NCBI GenBank assembly: GCA_013265495.1
Contig: MU058045.1
Coordinates: forward strand, 593,986 to 657,985
Source: Vicugna vicugna
Taxonomy: Eukaryota
Direction: 5' to 3'
Length of the DNA: 64,000 bases
This document shows positions 1 through 10,373 of the stretch, in pieces; positions within the stretch are counted from its first letter, which is position 1, and each line of letters opens with the position of its first letter. The notes under the pieces were generated by a model. It had not been told where the DNA came from. It saw nothing but the letters and a program-made list of their open reading frames with translations, and did not search any database. A program made the translations under genes and the position numbers.

Positions 1-1309
1 AGACCCTGTATTCTCCCGCCCCAGGCTTCTGCACCTGCTGCCCTCCCTGTTCTCCCTACTTCCTTTGTCCCTTCAGGTCGCAGCCCCAGCAGCACTCTGT
101 CCGGAAGCCCCTGACCTCCAGGTCTAGGTCAACACCCAGTGACACACTCTCCTACAACCTTCACTGCTCCCTCTGACCTTACTGCTCACTGTGGGACTTT
201 ATACGGATTAGTGTGATTCTGATTAATGCCTGACTTCTCCTGACTGTAAGCTCCATGAGGGCAGAGACCACATCTTTTTTTTTTTTTTTTGCCTCTCACT
301 GTTTTGCTCATCCTATGACCAACACAAGGACCCGTATGTAGCAGGTACTCAGTGAACAAGGATGGCTGGCGAGCACACACATGTGGATGTCTTTCACCAT
401 TCATCCTCCTCACCCACCTAGGGCTGGCTGACATAGTTGACTGTCCCTCTCCCTGGTTCCCCCGACACACACTCCTGGTCCCCTCCCATCTGCCTCTTGC
501 CACATCATTTATTACTTCTCTGTTTCTTTCCCCTCCTGTCTTGTCCTCATTCTCCATTTCCTCCTTTCACAAGTTGATGGAGAAATTGTCCTCTTCCTGA
601 TTTCAACTCCAATCCCATCTCTGGTTCCAGTTTCAAACTCAGTTCCAGGTCTGAATTCCACCTGGTTCCAAAGCATTTCTTTCTGGCATGCCAGCACTGT
701 AAATCCCACACTTCAAAACAAGTTGTCAGCTCCTCCACTTGGATTAGCTCATCCCATTTTTGTTAATGGCACCACTAATTTAAAAAAAAAGTTTAAAGTT
801 GATTTTTATCTAACTTTATTTTTTCTGCCAACAAAAGTATTCTGCGCCCCCATTTTAAAGTGTCACACAGTCCAGAAATGGGTTGCCAATGTAACAGAAC
901 TTTTTTTTTAATGCATTGTTTTGAGCCTTACTTTTGCCTTTTAAAAGAGGTGTGTGCCTTGGTTGCTAGAGGGCCCCCTGTTGGCTGAGCGCCCCCTCTG
1001 TGATGGGCAGAGGAGTTTTGGAGGTAGGTGCTGTTTAGGTGGGCATAACTCTGACTCCGAGGGAAATCCAGGAGGAGAGAGGGAGGAGTCCAAGAGGATG
1101 GCTCTGCAGTGAGGCAGGGCCCCAGGGGAGAGGGCCCCAGCAGAGAGGGCCCGTTCTAGCTCAGCCCAGGAGAGCTTTCTGTGAAATACTGTTTGCTGGT
1201 GATGCAGAACCTCCCTGGGATCTGCCAAAACTTCTGTGAAAGTAGGACATTCAGGGTATCTTGGGTACAACTGGGTTTCTTTTGGTAGCTGACAGAGGCC
1301 AATATTTTT

Positions 1310-1640
1310 AAAATATTTTATTTGGAAATAATTTTAAACTTACAGAAAAGTTGTAAGAGTAAGAGTACAAAGAACCCCCACGTGTCTGTTACCCAGATTC
1401 ATCTGTTGTTAACATTTTGTCCCACTTGCCTTATCATTTGATCTCTCTCTCTCTCTCTTTCTCTCTCTCTTCAGTTATACTTTTTCTGAACCATTTGAGA
1501 GTAAACTGCATATATCCTGGCCTTTCACCGCTACACATGCCAGTGTATTTCAGCGTAAAGGGCTCAGTCCTAAGAATAAGGATGGTCTCTTACATAACTG
1601 AAGCACAGTTGCCAGCTTCAGTGAATTGATACACTATTTT
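1310..1640 (-). mobile_element. Old L1 (L1M-type) 3' fragment containing a (TC)n microsatellite
   Basis: tttggaaataattttaaacttacagaaaagttg resembles an old L1 3' end in antisense; (TC)n at about 1442-1470. Boundaries approximate. Confidence 0.5.
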
Positions 1641-2005
1641 TATCTAAATCTCTTGTTAAATGTCCCAATCACCATATATATAATTATTTATTTATATATA
1701 CATATAAAATATATATATATCTGGGCCCTTTATTCTATTATTAGGTCGAGTTTTTCGTCCTGGGGTCAACACACACTGCCGTAATTACTATCTAGCTCTG
1801 TAATAATTCTTGATAGCTGGGAAGGCAAGCCCCTTACCTTATTCTTCTTCAGATTATTCCTGGCCTTTTGTTCTCCAATATAAATTTTGGAATTAGCTTG
1901 TTAAGTTCCACCAAAAAAAGTCTCTTGATCAATTTGGGGGAAATCGACATCTTTAGGATATTGAGCCTCTCAAGCTGGGAGTATAGTAGGTCTCTCCATT
2001 TGGTC

Positions 2006-2124
2006 TTTTTTGGGGGAGGGTAATAAGGTTTTTAACTACTAATTTTAATGGAGGTACTGGGGATTGAACCCAGGACCTTGTGCATGCTAGGCACGCACTC
2101 TACCATTGAGCTATACCCTCCCCC
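2006..2124 (-). mobile_element. tRNA-derived SINE (vic-1-like, camelid type)
   Basis: Reverse strand reads GGGGAGGGTATAGCTCAATGGTAGAGTGCGTGCCTAGCATGCACAAGGTCCTGGGTTCAATCCCCAGTACCTCC followed by an A-rich tail. Pol III A and B boxes present; imperfect flanking duplication ccatttggtctt / ctatttagtctt. Confidence 0.8.
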
Positions 2125-2604
2125 CTATTTAGTCTTTATTTCAATAAAGTTTTGTAATTTTCTCTACAAAGATGTGTACATTTTTATTAGATTTATTCCT
2201 CGGTACTTTACATAGACCCTTTGCACATAATTGTGTACATTTTTGCTCATTAATAGTGCATGTTTATGTCTTTGTTCATATTTTCTGGCACTCCCAAATT
2301 GAGTTGGCCTACCCACCATTGAGAACTTCATAGCAGAGAGGATCAAAGGTAGGCGGGGGGTGCACAAGAGGGCGGGACTGCCACTAGCCCATACAGTGCC
2401 TGTGTGTGAATTAGAGAAAGGCACCAGCCCTGTGAATGAGTGCGCATCTTGGCATGCAGCTCAAGGACTGGATTTCAGCCTCCACTCATCCTTTCAGCCA
2501 TTGCCCTTGTGCAGTGAGCAACCTCCACAACTGTACACAGTGGTCCTAGTGGCAGGGCCGAGCAAGATGCACGTCATCCCACCTCTGTACTTCATTGTCC
2601 CCAG

Positions 2605-5503
2605 GGCCTAAAGGCCAGCATGACCCGTCTTTACCAACTGATGACAGAACCACAGTTTTCCCGCTGCTCCAAACCCACCAAGTATAAGAAGCTGCTGTTT
2701 GCACTGTGCTTCTTCCACTCTGTCTTACTTGAACGCAAAAAGTTCCTGCATCTTGGCTGGAACATCATCTATGGCTTCAATGACTCTGACTTTGAGGTTT
2801 GTGCTACCCAGGACTCCCTCACCCCAGCCCTCTCTCCTTCCACTTCCTGCCCTATGGCTACCCTGCAGGTACATCCACTGACAAAGCCCTTGTTACAGTG
2901 CCCCTGGAAGAGTTCCTGCCGTAACTGTGTGTGGGGCTGGGGGCTGGGGCTGGGGCTGGGACCACACACAGGTGTCAGAGAACTTGCTGAGCCTCTACCT
3001 GGATGAATATGAGGAGACACCCTGGGATGCGCTCAAGTACCTGATCGCTGGCGTCAACTATGGTGGACACATCACAGATGACTGGGACTGGCGCCTGCTC
3101 ACCACCTACATCAACGACTACTTCTGCGACCAGTCTCTATCGACCCCCGCCTACCGGTGAGGGAGGGTGGCAATGAACAAGGTGGGGCAGAGGACAAGAG
3201 AGAACAGGTGGCAGGACAACAATGGGGGTGGGGTAGGGGAAGTGTCTGAGGAGAGAACATGCAATTGGGAGAAGGCAGACTTTGTGGGATTGGGGAGGAG
3301 GCAGCAAGAGCAGGGAGTTGGATGAATCAGGTCTTGGCCTGGCATGGAAGCCCCAGCGTCCCCACAGTGCCACAATAGTTATGCGTGACTCCCCAGGTTG
3401 TCAGAACTGGAGACCTATTTCATCCCCAAGGATGGGAGCCTGGCCTCATACAAGGAGTACATCAGCATGTTGCCCAGCATGGACCCGCCTGAGGCCTTTG
3501 GCCAGCACCCCAATGCGGATGTGGCCTCCCAGATCACTGAGGCACGGACTCTCTTTGAGACTCTGCTTTCCCTGCAACCCCAGATTACACCCGCCAGGGC
3601 CGGCGGCCAGAGCCGGGAAGAGAAGGTAAGGCCAGACAGACACCTGCGGGAGGAAAACAACAGGGAAGAGCAGTCTGCACTCAGAGCTTCTGCCTTGGCA
3701 GGTCCTTGAGCTGGCCGGTGATGTGAAACAGAAGATTCCGGAAATGATCGACTATGAGGGGACCCGAAAACTGCTGGCTCTCGACCCCTCCCCGCTCAGT
3801 GTGGTTCTTCTGCAGGAGATTCAGAGATACAACAAGCTTATGGAGACCATCCTGTAAGATGGATGGGGGTCCTGCAGAATCTGGGGAGGGGGAAAGAGGA
3901 AGGGCCTTCACTGCCTGCCTAGAATGGGTCTCCACCTTATCCTGTTTAGGTTCTCACTGACAGACCTAGAAAAAGGCATCCAGGGCCTCATCGTCATGTC
4001 TACAAGCCTAGAAGAGATTTTCAATTGCATCTTTGATGCCCACGTCCCTCCGCTCTGGGGAAAGGCAAGACTACATCACTGTTGATCCGCCTCCAAAAAT
4101 GAGCTCTCCTTGCACCCCTGTGCCCCCAACCTGGTTCTAGGGAAGCAGATGGCAAAATTCAGTTGAGCTTAGGCTTTGGAGTCAGGCAGGTCCAAGGCTG
4201 AAATCTGGCTCTGCCCTTCACTGACCGACTTTGCAAAGCTATTAAGTTAGAAACTTACTCAAAAAGTCACTAACCTCTCCAAGGATGTTTGAAGGATTCC
4301 CAGTTCTGTGCGCTCAGTAGGTGCTTCATCAATGGTAACTGGTTAATATCACCGTCATTACTGTTAATAAATAGCTGTCATTTTATGCTTCTTTCCTGGT
4401 AGTTGGGTTTTGGAGAGCTTTGCTCAACTATGGTTGGGAAACAGGGGCTGACACCATATATTCTTCTTGTATCTGCTTCAAGTATTCAGAATAAGGCTAT
4501 GAGTGCACAGATAAGTGAGTGAATAAACACACACTGCCTCGTCCTCCAGGCATATCCCTCACAAAAGCCATTGGCTTCATGGACCCGGGACTTGGCCTTG
4601 CGTGTGGAACAGTTTGAGCTGTGGGCCAGCCGTGCGCGGCCTCCTGTCATCTTCTGGCTGTCTGGCTTCACCTTTCCCACTGGCTTCCTCACCGCTGTGC
4701 TGCAGTCTTCAGCTCGCCAAAACAATGTGAGCAACATGGAAAGTGGGATGGGGAGCGATGCTGTGGACATGTATTTTCTCTGCTCTCTGGGGGTCCTCCC
4801 TTATTCTCACCTTCAATCTCCAGATTTCAGTGGACAGCCTCTCTTGGGAGTTTATCGTTTCCACTGTGGACGACAGCAACCTAGTGTATCCACCTAAGGT
4901 GGGAGCCAGATGTGCTCTGAGCAGAGTGGGGTCTGGTGGAGGCGGGTGCTGGGAGGAAAGGTGGGAAACAATTGGTTAAGAAGGGAGAAGAGAGGTGGCA
5001 AGTCAGGGAGGCTGGCAACTGAGGGTCTAGACTTCCCCCCAACCCGCCCCCATGTCTCCCCAGGACGGTGTCTGGGTTCGGGGACTATACCTGGAAGGTG
5101 CCGGCTGGGACCGGAAGAACTCCTGCTTGGTGGAGGCAGAGCCTATGCAGCTTGTCTGCCTCATGCCCACGATCCACTTCCGGCCTGCTGAGAGCCGCAA
5201 GAAGAGTGCCAAGGGTGGGACAGCTCCCTCAAGCCTGCCTGCCCCATCCCTCGCTTGGGTCCCTCTGCCACCCCTCCCCCACACCCGCTCCTGCCCTGCT
5301 TTCCCAGAGCCTCCAGGGTCTGACTTTCTCTCCTCTCCTTTCCCTCAGGAATGTACTCCTGTCCCTGCTATTACTATCCCAACCGGGCAGGCAGCTCAGA
5401 CCGTGCATCCTTTGTCATTGGCATTGACCTCCGGTCTGGGGCCATGACATCTGATCATTGGATCAAAAGGGGCACTGCTCTACTCATGAGCCTGGACAGC
5501 TGA
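2605..5503 (+). CDS. DNAH2: Dynein axonemal heavy chain 2, last 9 exons (AAA6 lid/C-terminal domain); 5' part of gene is outside the window
   Basis: Exons 2605-2796, 2972-3156, 3397-3625, 3702-3853, 3950-4064, 4550-4726, 4824-4898, 5064-5214, 5349-5503 splice in frame (all GT-AG except one GC-AG). Dynein motifs LCFFHSVLLERKKF..GWNIIYGFNDSD, YGGHITDDWD, FWLSGFTFPTGFLTA, GLYLEGAGWD; ends HWIKRGTALLMSLDS* (TGA 5501-5503). Position upstream of KDM6B identifies the paralogue. Confidence 0.93.
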
Positions 5504-5899
5504 GAGGGCCTCTCTTCTTCCCTGCTTGTGGGAGGGTCGAGGACTCTTGGAGCCAAGGCTGATAATGCACCTCGGACAGAGGCTGGACTTCACTCAGGCC
5601 TTGACCTTAATTGAATCTGTCGTGTAATGGGGCCTTGGTAAATACCTAATTGTGCTAGCCATAAAGGTGGAAGAATTGTATTGGAGTTCAGTGTAGTAGA
5701 ACGCCCGCGACCACAAGCCCTAAGTCTCTTAATGGGATAGTGGGGGCGTGGGGAAGGAGGAAGCCCAGGCCTTACAGAGGACGGGGGCTCCCGTAAGCTG
5801 CTCCTGGACAAGGAAAGGAGCACGGGAAATGGGAGGCCTTGGAGGGAGGTGTGGCCTTGAACGAATGGGCAGAGCATTGGGGCCTAAAGAAGGTGTGGC

Positions 5900-8800
5900 T
5901 AAACCTCGGGGCAGGACTTGAGCGGGTGGGGCGGGATTTACTTTGGAAAGGCGCGTGATCCAAATGGAATAGGGGTTTGTCAGGCAGGGGTCGGTGCTGG
6001 ACCCCGTTCGTTGCACCCTGAACCCTGTACCCCGCATTCTGCATCCTACTCGGCACCTGCGCTGAGGCGAACGGTTCGGCAGAAAGCGGGGCGGAGCCGG
6101 AGACAGGGACATTGGCGCGAGAAGGGGCGGGACCATGGGAAGGGGGCGGGGCTGGAGATCGGGGCTGGGGGGCGGTGTTTGTAGGGGCGGGGGGCGGTGT
6201 TTGTGTTGGAAAATCCAACTGCGCCACGGGGCGGAGCGGCCCCCCCAGCCCCGTCCTGGGAGAGGGGGGGGCCGCTCGACCCCCTGGACGACCTTGGGGA
6301 GCCTGAACACCTGGGACACCCCAGAAGCAGGTAACGGGGAGCCGCGAGGGCGTCTGGAAAAAGGAAAAGCATCTCCGTGCAGGGGGGCGGGGCGCTTGAG
6401 TCGAAGGAAGGGTAGAGCCGGGGATGGGCTTCGGGTCTCGCGAAAGGCACTGGGAAGGAGACTGGGGCGCAGGACATCTGGGTCCCCTAGAAAAGATCAG
6501 GGCGGAGGCGAGGGAAGAGCTGTGGGTGGCACATGGGTTCCGGATGTCGAGAGAGGCCTGAAAAGACTCCCCGTCCTTCTTGGGCTGGGATTCCCCTTCC
6601 TGACACTAGGGCGGGACGGTCCCTAACTGAAGGGCAGGACTAAAGGTCAGGGTTTGCAGATAGGGCAGTGCGATATCCTCTTGAGGTCGGGTGTGGTGAG
6701 GCAGGGATGTGTCTCCGGTCCCGGGGCCACTTCAAGCCTCCCTCCAGTTCTTCCCACGGGTGAGGTGTGTAAGTCTCAGCCCTGCCCCTCACATCAAGAG
6801 TCCTGATAGCCTCCCAGTGGTTGTCTTCGCCCGCATCCTTTCCGCCGCATCTCACTTTACTGCGCTCGGCCTCACCCCGCTAGTCCCCGGTCCAGCCCCC
6901 ACTCTCATCTGTTCCCATCCCTCACCCGGCTTGGGCCCTTCCCCGCTGAACCGTCCCAACGTAGCCACGAGATGGCGAGAGCGAGACGCACAGTGCAACT
7001 CAGGGTCCTGGGTGGGGGATGTGGTCTTGAAAACAGCCGAAGCCCCCCGCCCTGGCCAGACGGAAAGGTGGGCTAAGGTGCCCATTTGACTTCCTGTCAT
7101 CTCGGCTCCCCTCACAGGAAATTGTGGGCGGGAGGGCGAAGGGCAGGGAAGGGGGAGGGGGTCGGGGCTCAGCCTCCGCCTCCCCGAGCTGAGGTAAATA
7201 TTGGGGAGGGGGCACGCGGGCAGGTTATTAAGCAACGCAGATTCGCTTCCTGTCTGCTGCGGCTCGTGGCTGTGACTTGGGAAGGGAGTTGGCCAGAGTT
7301 GGGGGCTGGGAGACCGCGGAGAAGGTCGAGGGCAGGTCTCCTGGTTCTCGAGTCAGGGAGAACCCTGGAGGGAGGGGAGTAGCGAGCAGCGCTGCACCTG
7401 AAACGGACGCGGCGCGGTCGTCCGGAGGGAGGCGGGGACCCAGGAGAGGCGCTGAGCGGCGCTTCGCTCCCCTTCCCTCCCGGGGGTTGCTTGCCTTGTT
7501 GCCAGAGTAACTGGAGAGCTAGACTCGGAGCCGGATTCCCGAACTCTCGCGTCCGTCCAATCCGCGCCAGCGGCTGCCCCTGACATCAGAGCCTTGGCAG
7601 CCAATGTGGAGGAGGCATCGTAGAGCCACAGGAAGAGGGAGAGGGGAGGGAAAGAGGTGGAGGCGGGGAGGGGGTAGCTGCCCGGGACCCGCACGTGCAC
7701 TCCCACACGCTCGCGCCCACCCTCCTCCCTTTGCCGCACGCGCCCGAGTAGCCCCCTGCGCCTGCGCAGCAAGTCGTCGCTCGCCCCCCACCCCATCTAA
7801 AGTCTCTGATCGCAAGCGAGTCCTGGGCTGCTCTCAACCCCTGGGGACCCAGACGTCTGGGTCCGCTAGCCCTCTTTCTCAGGGTCTCGAGCAGTTAATG
7901 CTTAGCCTGGTGTGGGAGGGGCCAGCTACCTGTTCCCCACCAACCCCCAGCTGGCGCCCCACTCTCCCAGGTGGGCTGGGCGGAGCTGTGGTTTCCGGCC
8001 CCATATGCTCCGCTGCTGCCTTCCCGGGCTCTGGCTTAGGTTGCCTCCCCAAGAGGAACGGAACGAGTTATCAGCGCCCCTTCCCGAGGCTTCACTCGGT
8101 CGGCCCTAGCTGCTGTTGGTGGCGGGGGAGGGCGCTGCGGGGAAGCCCCGGATGGCCCAGGTGACTCTTCCCAGACCATCACGCGCCGTCTTCGCGTGAA
8201 TTCCTCCTCTTTGACGTGCACCAAAATCCTTCCCATCCCTAACGTTTCTTCCCCACTCGCTCTGGTGCTCTTTGCACCTCCCTCGGCTCCTTTCGGACTG
8301 TCTCTCCCGGTCTCCACTCGTCCTTCTTGGCTTCTCCCAGTTATATAACTCTTCCTCTTGCCGTGTCCTGATTTCAACTCCACAGACTCCGCCCTGGAAC
8401 GGCGCGGGGAGGGGCAGGAGAGTTGGGACCCAGACAGATTCCGGCTGGCGGCCGGCTGGGGCACAGGGGAACCCGCCGGTGAGAGACGGAGCCCTGCGGG
8501 ACCTAGTGCCCCCGTCCCCCACCTCCCGCCCCCCACCCGAGATCTCGCCCGGGAGAGAGAAGGCACAGTATCTGAGAGGCGTGTCGGGACTCCGTCAGAA
8601 ATATGGGTTGGGAGGTCAGGGCTGGAGGCGGAGAGGCGGAGCCAAGAGGCGAGTCCCTGAGATTGGAGCCGCATTGGGGGCAAAAGATAAGGGCGGGCCG
8701 CCTGGGTTCCTTCCTTCCTCTTCTTTCTCGGTTCCCAGAATTCCTAAGGCTATTTCCCAGGAAGCTTAGCCAGCAGCCCCTCTCCACCCCTCGGGGTCAA
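5900..8800 (+). promoter_or_regulatory. KDM6B: CpG island / upstream KDM6B promoter with candidate first exon ending at 6330
   Basis: CpG-dense region with multiple GGGGCGGG boxes (6120-6200), donor GCAG|GTAACG at 6330/6331, CCAAT boxes near 7557 and 7601, and CACGTG near 7692. Confidence 0.65.
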
Positions 8801-9539
8801 AGGTCTGTGTTAAGAGTGGCTTGGGATGATGTCACCAATGCACGTGCCCCGGGATAGTTGCCAGGCAGTGAGGCCTCCTCCCCTTTCCATTCTGGCCCCT
8901 CGCACCCCCTCCCACCTCTGCCCCGAGTCCACTTGCAGACCCGTGCCATCTTTTCCCCCCCTCCCTTTCCTTGGCCTTAGCGTCCTGCAGGTGGGAAACC
9001 CTGGCCTGGAGTTTTGTGAGAGGGAGGGGCAAGGGTGTGGCCTGGTGGAAAGACTTTGTCCCTTTGCTGGGCTTAGAGGACCCTGGGTCACTTTTTCCTT
9101 AGATTGACATGGAAGAACTTTCCCTCCAAGCCCTCTTCCCCCTGGAAAGAGCCTCCCAGCAGTCTTCACTTTTCCACCTGCTGCATTGCCAAGTGTCCGA
9201 TTGCCCCTGCCCCGTTTTGAGTTGAACTGGGAGTGGTTTCAAGATACCTACCCCTAGAGAAGAGCTGTGTGTGGTATGGCGACTCGCTGGATACCAGCTC
9301 AGCCCTGACCTTAATCAATGGCACCACACCCCCACCACCAGCAGTGAGGAAAAGAGTCAAGAAACTGTATTAGGCTGAAAAGTAATGGGTCTTTATTCTG
9401 TGTAGGTAGGTGGATCTCTCTCTTGAAGGAGGAGGACTCAGTTGATAGTTATGGCTGCTCTTCTCTATTGAGTCTTGGGGTTGGTTATGGTATTGGAAAA
9501 CATTGGTTTCCCTTTTTATGTACCTTAGGGCTTGGGCTG

Positions 9540-9760
9540 TCAAATCAGACTTGGATTTCATTCCCAGCTTTGTCACTCCGTGGCTACAGGGACTTGGAAA
9601 GGTCACCACCTCTTTGAGCCTCATATTCTTCATCTTGAAAATTTAAATATCAATACCCACTTTCTAGGCAGTTGATAGGGGAAAAAATGAGATAATTTAG
9701 GCAAAGCACTTAGCACAGTGCCTGGCACAAAACAAACACTGAATGAATGCTTGTTACGAT
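9540..9760. mobile_element. MIR SINE remnant
   Basis: cctctttgagcctcatattcttcatc...aaagcacttagcacagtgcctggcaca. Similar MIR cores at about 14140-14350, 55900-56115 and 57190-57350. Confidence 0.6.
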
Positions 9761-10231
9761 ATGCTTATTATTGTTAAAAGCTATTAGTTATTTTATTATA
9801 GTTGGTAAGCCTGCTTCAAGAAACTGGCCAGGACCATAGGAGTTCATCAGGGAGGAGTGGAGAGTTTGTGTTAATTTGGCCAGTGGCGGGGAGGGGGTTG
9901 GGGATTAGCTTCCACTGCATTGTGCACTTTATTTGATGAAGGCTTTAGTCAGATTTGTATTGCTCTCTCTGGGATTTTTTTTTCCCCCGTCTTGGAAAAG
10001 AGACAGCTAAGACTATTTCTCTGGCTGTGAAAATAAAATAATTGTATTGTGGTTCTTGATTTTTGAGCAAGCCCCCAGTCCCCTCCCATGTTCTCTGGAG
10101 CCTTCAATTTTGCAAAGGCACTCCACAGTTTCCTCTGCGGGGACAGAGCTCGGCTGAGGGGTGTGTAAAAGGTTCGGGTGGGTGGGTAGAGAGACTAGTG
10201 CTGGGGGTTGGGGGGGGCGAGTAGTTAAAGG

Positions 10232-10373
10232 NNNNNNNNNNNNNNNNNNNNNNNNNNNNNNNNNNNNNNNNNNNNNNNNNNNNNNNNNNNNNNNNNNNNN
10301 NNNNNNNNNNNNNNNNNNNNNNNNNNNNNNNNNNNNNNNNNNNNNNNNNNNNNNNNNNNNNNNNNNNNNNNNN
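10232..10373. other. Assembly gap (N run) in GC-rich KDM6B upstream region
   Basis: Run of N seen directly. Confidence 1.

Noticed and set aside
2050..2124. Possible tRNA gene
   Set aside because: Degenerate stems, A-rich tail and flanking duplication indicate a SINE.
5729..8787. Many overlapping 100-215 aa ORFs on both strands
   Set aside because: Pro/Gly/Arg-rich ORFs expected from stop-codon depletion in a CpG island; no recognisable domains.
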